The position numbers were made by a program, and so were the translations under genes. From assembly GCA_964569575.1 (NCBI GenBank), contig CAZMTL010000004.1, forward strand, positions 8,959-72,958: a DNA stretch of 64,000 bases, read 5' to 3'. The notes below the pieces were generated by a model that searched no databases, was not told the origin of the DNA, and saw nothing but the letters and a program-made list of their open reading frames with translations. This document shows, piece by piece, positions 32,877 through 41,944 of this stretch (its first letter is position 1; each line of letters starts with the position of its first letter). The DNA comes from an uncultured Gammaproteobacteria bacterium. Its GTDB lineage: Bacteria; Patescibacteriota; Patescibacteriia; UBA9934.

Positions 32877-33900
32877 CATTTTTGTTCGCAACATGTTGAT
32901 CGTGTGTAACACCATAATAAACGGTTCCGACAGCATCGGTTAAGAAATAAAAGTAATCAGTCTCTTCGGCCATTGCGAGCGAATTCAATGCTTGCGAACC
33001 AGGATTACTAATCGGCCCTGGAGGCAACCCTGCGTACATATACGTATTGTACGGTGAATCAATTTCGGTATCTGCAAGGCTAATTCCAGGCGTCTTTTTA
33101 CCTGTGACATAATTCACCGTCGAATCCATCTGCAACGCCATACCAATCTCTAAACGATTGTAGAAAATGCCAGAAACAATCTTCATGTCACGCTCACCCC
33201 GAACTTCCCGCTCCAAAATCGAAGCGAGAGTCAAATATTCATGCAAAGTCGTTGGACCATTTTCATAGACCGATAGTCGCACATTCGCCGCTTCCACATT
33301 TTCCTGCATTTCTAACAACATGCGACCAACAATGTCTTCCGCCGTCGAATCTTCAAAAAACCGATACGTATCTGGGAACAAGTACCCTTCCAACGAAAGT
33401 GCGGCAGGCTTTCGAGCCGCGACAACAAAAGGATGATCTTCAAACGGTCCACCGGCAGCCACAACACGATCCCATTCTTCTTCCGAAATATCGAACGAAC
33501 CACGAACCACTTCTCCAATCTGCTCTATCGTATACCCTTCCGGAATCGTAATACTCACTTCATCTGTCGTACCTTGTAACAAGGTATTACCGATCGATTT
33601 GTAGTTCATACCTTCCTGCAGTGTAAATTCACCCGCCTGCAATACCCGCGCATTTCCAGATAATTTCGCATACACTTTAAACCAAAATGCATTCGCAATA
33701 AATCCTTCCTCTTTGAGCGAATCCGCCACACGCGACAATCCAGATCCTGCCACAACTTCAAATGTACGTTCTTCGGCCTGCTTCGACGGCGTCTGAACAT
33801 AAAATCGATACCCCTGCCAAAGCAGAACGACACCAAAAAGACAGAAAATAATAATAAGTGAAGTAAAGCAGGCAAGAATTTTTCTAAATAATTTCATCAT
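32863..33900 (-). CDS. mltG: endolytic murein transglycosylase MltG (YceG family)
   Basis: N-terminal TM segment and YceG signature (YNTYMYAGLPPGPI). Confidence 0.9.
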   Translation of the reverse strand: MMKLFRKILACFTSLIIIFCLFGVVLLWQGYRFYVQTPSKQAEERTFEVVAGSGLSRVADSLKEEGFIANAFWFKVYAKLSGNARVLQAGEFTLQEGMNYKSIGNTLLQGTTDEVSITIPEGYTIEQIGEVVRGSFDISEEEWDRVVAAGGPFEDHPFVVAARKPAALSLEGYLFPDTYRFFEDSTAEDIVGRMLLEMQENVEAANVRLSVYENGPTTLHEYLTLASILEREVRGERDMKIVSGIFYNRLEIGMALQMDSTVNYVTGKKTPGISLADTEIDSPYNTYMYAGLPPGPISNPGSQALNSLAMAEETDYFYFLTDAVGTVYYGVTHDQHVANKNAYLR

Positions 33901-34409
33901 AAAGGTAAGTATTGAAACAGGATACCAGAAACAAGCATCCCTAAGAAGGCACCGACAATCACATCAGAAAAATAATGAACCCCAACAGCAATGCGAGAAA
34001 GTGAGATGCAAAAAGCAACCGCAAAAAAAATGGCAATATACACAAAATCAAACGCAACTTGGGCACGTAAAAACAGTAAGGTTAACGAGGTAGCGAACGA
34101 AAAACTCATCGAGGCATGCCCAGAAGGAAAAGAAGAAGTACCATCCCACAAGTGATACACCGGCCCCTTGGTCAGCGGACGCTTTCGACCAACCAACCCT
34201 TTTATAAACAAGGTGAGCAGCAACGAGAGCGCAACCAACACGAACAAATAAAAAACATGATGCTTGTGCGTCATTAAATACCCCAAAGCCACCATAATCG
34301 CGGCATAAAAATACAACCCAAACCGAGAAACCAGGCTCCAAAACGTAAAAGCCGAAGCAAACATGTTGCGCAACCAGTACGTAATGCGTGCATCAAAGTG
34401 CTCTTTCAT
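33897..34409 (-). CDS. PAP2-family phosphatase (undecaprenyl-diphosphatase-like)
   Basis: KX6RP (KGLVGRKRP), PSGH and SRIAVGVHYFSDV motifs. Confidence 0.8.
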   Translation of the reverse strand: MKEHFDARITYWLRNMFASAFTFWSLVSRFGLYFYAAIMVALGYLMTHKHHVFYLFVLVALSLLLTLFIKGLVGRKRPLTKGPVYHLWDGTSSFPSGHASMSFSFATSLTLLFLRAQVAFDFVYIAIFFAVAFCISLSRIAVGVHYFSDVIVGAFLGMLVSGILFQYLPL

Positions 34410-34413
34410 AGCG

Positions 34414-35145
34414 CTAGTATATCTCATCCGAAACCGCTCGTCGAAGACGCTGCAACTCCGCCTCACGACGCTCAACATCCGCCAAGATCGCTTCTGCATT
34501 CTTAGGCGCAATCAAGTTTTTCTTCGGAAAAGCACACACATCCACCAACGGACACGCCCAACATCGCGGAGCGGAAATACAAAGATAACGCCCGTGCTTC
34601 ACAAACACTTCATTCACCCGTTTCATTTGTTCTAGCGGAATAATTTTCAACAATTTCTTTTCCGTTGCCGCAGGTGTAGCCGCCTTCACCCACCCAAGTC
34701 GATTCGTAACTCGATGCACATGAGTATCCACGGCAATAGCAGGAACGCCATAAATATAAGGCAAAATCACACTAGCCGTTTTACGCCCAACTCCAGCGAG
34801 TGACGTTAATTCCTCCATGGTACCCGGGATCTTGCCATCAAAAACTTCCACCACTCGCAAAGCCATCTTCTTCAAATTTTTTGCCTTCTGCCGATACATG
34901 CCGATCGTATTGATCTTTGAACAAATAAATTGTTCGTCTGCCTTCGAAAGCGTTTCCACATCCGGAAATGCACGAAAAAACCCAGGAAGTAACTTCAACA
35001 CCTGCTCATCCCGCGTTCGAGCCGAAAGCGCCACAGCCACAACCGCATGATACGCCCCACCAATCTCCATCGCGCCAGGTTCTGGAAAGATTTTTTTCAA
35101 CGCCGTAAGAACGAAATCAATATCATCTTGCAACAATCTCTTCAT
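34414..35145 (-). CDS. nth: endonuclease III
   Basis: HhH-GPD fold (LAGVGRKTA) and a C-terminal 4Fe-4S Cys cluster (CxxxxxxCxxCxxxxxC). Confidence 0.9.
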   Translation of the reverse strand: MKRLLQDDIDFVLTALKKIFPEPGAMEIGGAYHAVVAVALSARTRDEQVLKLLPGFFRAFPDVETLSKADEQFICSKINTIGMYRQKAKNLKKMALRVVEVFDGKIPGTMEELTSLAGVGRKTASVILPYIYGVPAIAVDTHVHRVTNRLGWVKAATPAATEKKLLKIIPLEQMKRVNEVFVKHGRYLCISAPRCWACPLVDVCAFPKKNLIAPKNAEAILADVERREAELQRLRRAVSDEIY

Positions 35146-35147
35146 AT

Positions 35148-36749
35148 TTACAGCAAACTCGTCCCCGTCATATCAGGTGGCTGCGCGATGCCTAGGACCT
35201 GAAGTAATGTCGGAGCAACATCCGCCAATACACCCACCGGCGGCAAAAGCGAAAGATCACCATTCGGCACATCTCCCGATGGACCGGTCACTCCCTCGAA
35301 CTGATTTCCAATAACGAAAAATGGAACCGGATTCGTACTATGCTCCTTGTCGATCTCGTTCGTCTGCAAATTCAACACCTCCTCCACATTCCCGTGATCC
35401 GCCGTGATAAATACAACCCCGTCCTTCGCAAGCGTAGCTTCGACAATTCGCCGAACACAATCATCAATCACCTCATTTGCCTTAATCGAGGCAGGAAGAT
35501 TTCCAGTATGCGAAACCATGTCAGGATTCGCAAAATTCGCAATAATCACATCATAATTATCAACTCCAACTTCTTTCACGATACGGTCCGTAATTTGATA
35601 GGCGGACATTTCAGGCTGTTCATCGTACGAAGAAATGGAAGGCGATGGAATAATCACGCGATCTTCGTGTGGAAATGCATCTTCTTTCGCGCCGTTAAAG
35701 AAAAACGTAACGTGCGCATATTTCTCTGTCTCGGCAATATGAAGCTGAACAAGTCCATTGTTCGCCAATACTTCGGCGAGAGAATTTTGAAGAGGAATAG
35801 AAGGAAAGGCTATATCAACTGGCAAACCAACTTCATACTGCATCATGGTCACGAACTCAACGCCAGGAATATACGTACGTGCAAACTTATCAAAATCCGG
35901 CAGCACAAACGCCTTCGTAATCTCGCGAGCGCGATCTGGCCGGAAATTGAAAAAGATTACCGCATCACCCGTCTTCACCGTAGCAAGTGGTTCTTTCTTT
36001 TTCGTAAACACCGTTGGCACAAATTCTTCATCGTACACCTCTGCTGCATACGAAGCCTTCAACGCCTCAATAGGGTCATCCGACAAAACTTCCGATACAC
36101 CAAGCGCAATCGCGTTGTAAGCCTTCTCGATACGATCCCAACGATTATCACGATCCATCGCGAAATACCGCCCAGACATCGAAGCAATATACCCAACACG
36201 CAATTCATCCATCTTCTGCTGAAGCTCGGTGACAAATTCTAACCCTGAATTATACAAAGTATCTCGACCATCCAAAATCACATGCACAGCAACATCTTTT
36301 ACCTTGTGCTTTTTTGCCAATTCTAAAAGCGCATAACAATGCGCGTTATATCCGTGCACTTTACCCGAAGACATAATACCCAATAAATGCAGCGTTCCTC
36401 CAGACGACTTCACCTGTTCAATCGACTTCAAAAAATACTCATTCTCGAAAAAAGAACCATCCTGAATTGCGCGCTCAATACGCGGCAACGCTTGATAATA
36501 CACACGACCCGTTCCAATAGTAAGGTGACCTACCTCCGAATTTCCCATTTCACCCCACATTAATCCAACAGTTTCGCCCGAAGCACGCAAAGTCATCGAT
36601 GGATAACGCTGAATAATTTCTTTAAAAAACGGCATCTGCGCTCGGGTAACCGCATTACCATCCGAATCAGGTGCAACACCAAAACCGTCTAAAATCAATA
36701 AAACCGCTGGTCGCGGACGTTGAAAATTTGGTTGTTGAATATCTGCCAT
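35148..36749 (-). CDS. gpmI: 2,3-bisphosphoglycerate-independent phosphoglycerate mutase
   Basis: iPGM N-terminus (LLILDGFG) and metalloenzyme domain. Confidence 0.95.
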   Translation of the reverse strand: MADIQQPNFQRPRPAVLLILDGFGVAPDSDGNAVTRAQMPFFKEIIQRYPSMTLRASGETVGLMWGEMGNSEVGHLTIGTGRVYYQALPRIERAIQDGSFFENEYFLKSIEQVKSSGGTLHLLGIMSSGKVHGYNAHCYALLELAKKHKVKDVAVHVILDGRDTLYNSGLEFVTELQQKMDELRVGYIASMSGRYFAMDRDNRWDRIEKAYNAIALGVSEVLSDDPIEALKASYAAEVYDEEFVPTVFTKKKEPLATVKTGDAVIFFNFRPDRAREITKAFVLPDFDKFARTYIPGVEFVTMMQYEVGLPVDIAFPSIPLQNSLAEVLANNGLVQLHIAETEKYAHVTFFFNGAKEDAFPHEDRVIIPSPSISSYDEQPEMSAYQITDRIVKEVGVDNYDVIIANFANPDMVSHTGNLPASIKANEVIDDCVRRIVEATLAKDGVVFITADHGNVEEVLNLQTNEIDKEHSTNPVPFFVIGNQFEGVTGPSGDVPNGDLSLLPPVGVLADVAPTLLQVLGIAQPPDMTGTSLL

Positions 36750-36799
36750 ACAAAAAAGAGTATAGCAAAATTCGGGAAAAAATTCGAGCTTAAATCACA

Positions 36800-37117
36800 C
36801 TAACGAATCGCAACAGCATCAATTCCAGGACTAACATATTCAACTCGTTCAACCGGCGTAAGACCAAGTAGTTTTATACGACTAGACACACTTTGAACCG
36901 ATTGCAACTCGGCAATTTCCATCGCAAGACGAGCATTTTCGCGCTCCAATTCTTCGATCTGATCCTCTACTTCTCGCATAGCAAATCCCTTCGTTGCCGC
37001 AACATTCACCTGCCAAATAAAGAGACAAAACAACACAAACGATCCGACAACAAAAGCAATCGTCAAAAACCGGACATTGCTAATTTTAGTAAAAATTGTG
37101 TTCGTTTTTGCTGTCAT
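36800..37117 (-). CDS. ftsL: FtsL-like cell-division protein
   Basis: Small bitopic protein with a coiled coil, immediately downstream of mraZ-rsmH. Confidence 0.55.
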   Translation of the reverse strand: MTAKTNTIFTKISNVRFLTIAFVVGSFVLFCLFIWQVNVAATKGFAMREVEDQIEELERENARLAMEIAELQSVQSVSSRIKLLGLTPVERVEYVSPGIDAVAIR

Positions 37118-37145
37118 ACCTCCTTACCCTCCTACCAAGTTAATA

Positions 37146-38000
37146 TTAGATTTTCTCGGCTATTCTTAGCTTCGCACTACGAGATCGAGGATTCGATTTC
37201 TTTTCTGCAAAACTAGGTTGAATAGCTTTTTTGTTCACCTGAACTAAATCTGTTCTTGACTTTATCCACTGTTTCACCAAACGATCTTCCAACGAATGAA
37301 ACGTAATAACCACCAATCGACCACCAGTTTCGAGCAAGTCTACCGCTGCTGGTAACCCTTTTTCGATCTGACCAAATTCATCATTTACCACCAATCGAAG
37401 TGCCTGAAAAACACGAGTAGCCGGATGCGACTTACCGCTTCTTCGCACAACTCCAGCGACAATATCTGCCAGCTGCAAGGTTGTTTCGATTTTCTGTTTT
37501 TTTCGAGCTTCCAAAATCGCTTTCGCAATTTGCGGAGCCCAACTCTCTTCCCCGTAGACCCGGAACAATTTCATCAAGTCGTCCACCGACCATCCGTTTA
37601 CCACTTCGTAAGCAGTAAGCAATTGCCGTTGATCAAACCGCATATCGAGTGGACCGTCTTTTTGAAAAGAGAATCCTCGTTCCGCTTCGTCGACATGAGG
37701 AGAAGAAATTCCTAAGTCAAACAACGCTCCATGAATACGTGGCAATGCATGTTCGGCCAAATTCGCGAACGAATCATGAACAAACCGCACCCTGTCTTTG
37801 GCAAAGGAAAGACGATCTTTTGCAAATGCGAGATTTCGAGCATCGCGTTCGACGGCAATCAATTCACCGTTTGGCGCCGTGGCTCGCAAAATCGCTTCCG
37901 CATGACCACCCAACCCTAATGTTGCATCGAGTACTCGAACACCAGGCGATAACTTTAATCCCTCCAACGCCTCCTGCATGAATACCGGCACATGTTCCAT
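37146..38000 (-). CDS. rsmH: 16S rRNA m4C1402 methyltransferase RsmH
   Basis: VLDATLGLGGHAEAIL motif, with the start taken at MEHVPVFMQEAL. Confidence 0.9.
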   Translation of the reverse strand: MEHVPVFMQEALEGLKLSPGVRVLDATLGLGGHAEAILRATAPNGELIAVERDARNLAFAKDRLSFAKDRVRFVHDSFANLAEHALPRIHGALFDLGISSPHVDEAERGFSFQKDGPLDMRFDQRQLLTAYEVVNGWSVDDLMKLFRVYGEESWAPQIAKAILEARKKQKIETTLQLADIVAGVVRRSGKSHPATRVFQALRLVVNDEFGQIEKGLPAAVDLLETGGRLVVITFHSLEDRLVKQWIKSRTDLVQVNKKAIQPSFAEKKSNPRSRSAKLRIAEKI

Positions 38001-38025
38001 ACGATCTGTCTTACAGTTCAGGGAT

Positions 38026-38457
38026 TTAAATCCCCAAGTCCCCCAATTGTTCAGCAATGTCCGAAGCATCCGCTTCCGTCTGCTTACGGTACTGATCCCA
38101 CGCCTCCGCGTCCCATAATTCGAGCCGCGTACTAACCCCTACAATCACCACATTCTTCTTAATACCTGCATATTCACGCAAGTATTCCGGCACGACGAAC
38201 CTTCCCTGCTTATCCAAATTCACATCCATCGCACCCGCAAGCATGAGCCGAGCGAACGCACGAGAATTTGACTTCCCCAGGGGCAAATTAGAGAGCTTTT
38301 CAGCTAACTTACCCCACTCCTCCAAAGGGAGCAGGAACAGTGAAGAATCTAGACCTCGCGTAACAACCGCGCCCTTCGCAAGGTCGGAACGAAACTTCAC
38401 TGGGGTCGCTAGGCGCCCCTTGTCGTCGATATTGTGATGATATTCGCCAATAAACAT
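38026..38457 (-). CDS. mraZ: transcriptional regulator MraZ
   Basis: Duplicated SpoVT/AbrB-like halves (DDKGR...; DKQGRFVVP). Confidence 0.9.
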   Translation of the reverse strand: MFIGEYHHNIDDKGRLATPVKFRSDLAKGAVVTRGLDSSLFLLPLEEWGKLAEKLSNLPLGKSNSRAFARLMLAGAMDVNLDKQGRFVVPEYLREYAGIKKNVVIVGVSTRLELWDAEAWDQYRKQTEADASDIAEQLGDLGI

Positions 38458-38552
38458 AGATGCTTGTAGAAAGTAGACCTCCCTACTCGCTAAAGATGAC
38501 TTTCGTCACCAACTAGTTAAAAAGAACAAGCGGTTGTTTCCCGTCAGAAAAT

Positions 38553-38756
38553 CTGACAGCTGCCACAAATAATCGCACTACTCAGAGGCTTCTCCGAACA
38601 TCCGTCTTGCGACGGAAACTCTCGGAGAAGTCTCTCTCCAGCGATGACTCATGACAGGGGAAATTTCCCAAAACCACTTGTAAAAAAATACGACGAAAAA
38701 TACATTTCGTCTCAAGGGGCGTGACAGAAGCTAAATTTCCAAACAATCTGGAAATT
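38553..38756. promoter_or_regulatory. palindrome/hairpin-rich divergent control region between mraZ and the pseudo-Nudix gene
   Basis: Five hairpins or palindromes occur in about 200 nt. GTCAGA-AAA-TCTGAC is at 38553-67. A nested hairpin CTTCTCCGA...CCGTC-TTGC-GACGG...TCGGAGAAG is at 38589-38630. The perfect 12-mer GGGAAATTTCCC is at 38658-69. GACGAAA-N6-TTTCGTC is at 38692-711. AATTTCCA-N7-TGGAAATT is at 38734-56. Confidence 0.35.
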
Positions 38757-38883
38757 CCCCACTTTCTGCCTCGCTGCTTCCACTTTACCCCACTTCCGCC
38801 CCACCAGCAACCACCCTTCACCTAAACCTGTGGATAATTGACCAAACAAGTTAAAAACGCTACATTTCGAACGCAAAGGAGGC

Positions 38884-39444
38884 GTGATGCCTGACGACAT
38901 GGGACGACCAACCGCAGAGGAGATCCTGACGGATGGCGCGTACCTGAACGTGGACGCGGTACGTATGTACGAACTTCTCCAAAGGTGCATCGAGGAAACG
39001 GGAATGCTGCCTCAGTGGTACTTCGAGCACATGCCTCGAGTATTCCCTCAGGCCTGCATCGAACTGGCGGTCATGACCGTCCGATCCGGCAAGCGGCACA
39101 TCTTCCTGCTTCAACGACCAGACAACGATACGCACTGGCCGCGTCAGTGGCACATGCCCGGTACGACACTGTACCCAAAGGACAGCGAAGAAACGATGTG
39201 GAAACGGCTACTGGCATCCGAGCTCGGACAACTCCTCCGGCAAGAGATGTTCCGTCTCGCCTTCAACCACATCAGCACACGAGAAGAACGGGAACGCGGC
39301 GAGTGCATGCACGCCGTCTACACGGGACGCATCGGCACCGCATCGAAGAAGCTGGAACGCTTCGGAACCTTCTTTCCGGTCGATCAACTCCCGGAAGAAG
39401 TCATCCAACACCATCGAACCATACTCACCAGGCTCACCCACTAA
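38884..39444 (+). CDS. degenerate-Nudix-fold protein A (GC-rich copy)
   Basis: SD AAAGGAGG 5 nt before the ATG. It is a paralog of the next gene at about 45% identity, with a Nudix-like layout but a degraded Nudix box. GC is about 60%. Confidence 0.6.
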   Translation: MMPDDMGRPTAEEILTDGAYLNVDAVRMYELLQRCIEETGMLPQWYFEHMPRVFPQACIELAVMTVRSGKRHIFLLQRPDNDTHWPRQWHMPGTTLYPKDSEETMWKRLLASELGQLLRQEMFRLAFNHISTREERERGECMHAVYTGRIGTASKKLERFGTFFPVDQLPEEVIQHHRTILTRLTH

Positions 39445-39462
39445 GACCTGCGAGCTCCTCTC

Positions 39463-39490
39463 GGAACGCCACCTGGCGTTCCTTTCGTTT
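39463..39490 (+). terminator. intrinsic terminator
   Basis: GGAACGCCA-CC-TGGCGTTCC followed by TTTCGTTT. Confidence 0.5.
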
Positions 39491-39509
39491 ACAGAATAAA
39501 ATACTCAAT

Positions 39510-40013
39510 ATGAAATCTATTGATCTATCAAACATCATTCTCTCGCTCGAAAAGTACAGCTCAGAAAACAACGGCCAAATCCCACGTGATTGGTTCGAAA
39601 AAATGCCCATCTACTTCCCTCAAGCGGCTATCGAGCTAGGGATCATTAAAGAGATCAATAACTCTCATCACATCTTCCTCGCTCAAAGGCCAGCAGACGA
39701 TCCATATTGGCCCAGCGAATGGCACCTTCCGGGCACAGTCCTCCGCCACACAGACACAGAAAAAACAATTTGGAAAAGACTACTTTCTGATGAAGTGGAT
39801 GGGATAATACAACCTTCCGAAGCAAAACTGATCGATACACACATTTCGAGCAAACAAGATCGCGAACGCGGCGCGTGCGTTCACTCAATCTATCTCGCAA
39901 AAACAAATAAAGACATCAAAAGTGGTAAATTCTTCCCGATCATCGATTTACCGAAAAATACAATCAAGCACCACCTGCCACTCATCGAAAAAATTAAAAA
40001 ATCCCTAAAATAA
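39510..40013 (+). CDS. degenerate-Nudix-fold protein B (host-GC copy)
   Basis: HIFLAQRPADDPYWPSEWHLPGTVLRHTDTEKTIWKRLLSDEVDGI fits a Nudix scaffold with a substituted GX5EX7REUXEEXGU box. The C-terminal DRERGACVHSIY...FFPIIDLP region is shared with protein A. Confidence 0.6.
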   Translation: MKSIDLSNIILSLEKYSSENNGQIPRDWFEKMPIYFPQAAIELGIIKEINNSHHIFLAQRPADDPYWPSEWHLPGTVLRHTDTEKTIWKRLLSDEVDGIIQPSEAKLIDTHISSKQDRERGACVHSIYLAKTNKDIKSGKFFPIIDLPKNTIKHHLPLIEKIKKSLK

Positions 40014-40047
40014 CAACGAGGCCCCCGAAAGGACCTCAGCGTCTACT

Positions 40048-40437
40048 CTAGTGGTAGAACTCACGATGCTCGTGCACTGGTAGATCGAACACGAACGGAT
40101 CGTTCACGAACGACACTTCGATCTGACTTCGCAGATCACGAAGAGAACGTTCGAAGACTTCGATTCCACCAATCTGCTCAAGTAGCTCTTGAACATCTGG
40201 CAGTTGCCAACCCGGGAAATCTTCAGTCCAGTCGTCATTCGCTACGGCTGCGTAAAAGCACCACACCGATTCACGCGTACCGAACAGATGATACTCCCTA
40301 CCCTCCAACTCCCCCGTAGCCACGCTCTCGAGACTGAAATACACCAGTTCGAGCAGGTCGAGCATGCTCTTCTCGTGTTCATTCAGCAGCTCCACGAAAT
40401 GCAGAACAATGTGAACCAGGATCACGCATTCCTCCAA
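40048..40437 (-). CDS. hypothetical acidic protein
   Basis: ORF convergent with the Nudix pair, with no motifs. Its start is uncertain. Confidence 0.4.
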   Translation of the reverse strand: MEECVILVHIVLHFVELLNEHEKSMLDLLELVYFSLESVATGELEGREYHLFGTRESVWCFYAAVANDDWTEDFPGWQLPDVQELLEQIGGIEVFERSLRDLRSQIEVSFVNDPFVFDLPVHEHREFYH

Positions 40438-40479
40438 GCGACAAAAGAACTCTATAAAATTTAAGGTGAATCGTCAAAA

Positions 40480-41814
40480 TCACCGCTTCTTTCGCTTAAT
40501 CCCACTCGACTTCGCTCGCACCTGCTTGTGGTACACCTGCGAAAAACGGTGGGCTTCGTCACGAACTTTTTGAAAAATCACCTTCCCCATCGCGCTTGCT
40601 TTTGCCAAATCTAAATTGGTTCGATCAAAAATCAACCGATCCTGCTTGCGATCAAATCCTTTTGCAATCCCAATAATCGGCACCTGTATTCCCAGTTCAT
40701 CCAAAACTGCCTGCACGCGATTCACTTGCGGCTTTCCGCCATCTATCACCATCACCTGCGGCAACTCCCAAGCATCCGGAAACTGCTGAGCCTTTCGCAA
40801 GCGTCGACGCAGTACCTCTTCCATCATCCCAACATCATTCGCACCAACCACAGTGCGAATTTTAAATTTACGATACTTCTCTTTCGCCGGTTGCCCGTCC
40901 ACAAATACCGTCATCACACCAACAGCGGACGTTCCAGAAATATTCGAGATGTCGTACGCCTCAATTCTACCGTCCAAATCAATCGCTGTTCGTTCCTTCT
41001 GCTTACTAAACGGCAATTCAATATCATCCTTGGTAATCAAAGCAACGTCTTTAATGTGCTCCAACGCAAAAATGGTATTCCGAAACTGAGCCGCGTCTTC
41101 ATAACGCCGTTCAACCGATGCTTGAGTCATTTTTTTATTCATCTCTCGAATCAACTGAGATTTCTTCCCTTCAAAAAATAAAATCAACTGATGAATAATC
41201 TGTTTATACTCTTTTGGTGAAATTTCACCCGTACACACGCCCGGGCAACGACGCAGATGCCGATTAAAACAGGGGCGCTTCCGACCAGTCACCGAAGGCG
41301 GTTCACAATCCGACCAAGGAATAATCTTTCGCAAAAAATCCAACGACTTTTTTAACGAATATCCACTGGTATAAGGACCAAATACACGCAAAAACTTCTT
41401 TTTTGCCTTTGCAGACAACGTTGCGTCAAAAGGGTTAATCTCCAAATTCTCTAAATCCAACCCCCTCAGCAATTTCGGCTTTGGGTATTCTTCATTGGTA
41501 ATAACAAGATACAAAAAACTCTTATCATCCCGCTGAAGAATATTATATTTCGGCTTCAACGCTTTGATTTTATTCGCTTCTAACACCAGCGCCTCAATAA
41601 CAGTAGGTGTCTCGATATAATCAATGCGCGCAATTTGCGACACCATTTCACCGATCCGATTATCGTGCGCCTTAGTAAAGTACGACCCAACACGACGCTT
41701 CAACGACGTCGCCTTGCCTACATACAACAAATTTCCCGCCAAATCATAATAAAAATACACCCCAGGTACATCGGGTAATTCATTATTTTTGATTGTAATT
41801 TCTGGCGAGATCAT
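40480..41814 (-). CDS. uvrC: excinuclease ABC subunit C (short form)
   Basis: N-terminal GIY-YIG (VPGVYFYYD...LLYVGKA), UvrBC-interaction region and RNase H-like endonuclease domain. Confidence 0.9.
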   Translation of the reverse strand: MISPEITIKNNELPDVPGVYFYYDLAGNLLYVGKATSLKRRVGSYFTKAHDNRIGEMVSQIARIDYIETPTVIEALVLEANKIKALKPKYNILQRDDKSFLYLVITNEEYPKPKLLRGLDLENLEINPFDATLSAKAKKKFLRVFGPYTSGYSLKKSLDFLRKIIPWSDCEPPSVTGRKRPCFNRHLRRCPGVCTGEISPKEYKQIIHQLILFFEGKKSQLIREMNKKMTQASVERRYEDAAQFRNTIFALEHIKDVALITKDDIELPFSKQKERTAIDLDGRIEAYDISNISGTSAVGVMTVFVDGQPAKEKYRKFKIRTVVGANDVGMMEEVLRRRLRKAQQFPDAWELPQVMVIDGGKPQVNRVQAVLDELGIQVPIIGIAKGFDRKQDRLIFDRTNLDLAKASAMGKVIFQKVRDEAHRFSQVYHKQVRAKSSGIKRKKR

Positions 41815-41944
41815 GAAGTAAGTATAGCAAAATTATAACACCGAAAAGAACGGCTCCTAGATACACGATAAAGTCTCCATCCCTATTCCCTATCTTCCTA
41901 CCCCCTTCATCAAGGACAATCCAAAGTAAGCTACAGAATGCAAC

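Noticed and set aside
35340-36242. 300-aa antisense ORF inside gpmI
   Set aside because: Lys/Arg/Ile-rich low-complexity translation, antisense to a highly conserved gene.
38985-40013. 342-aa + strand ORF spanning both pseudo-Nudix genes
   Set aside because: Its N-terminal 170 aa is an out-of-frame, Arg-rich reading of the GC-rich copy A. Only the C-terminal part, which is protein B from MKSIDL at 39510, has paralog support.
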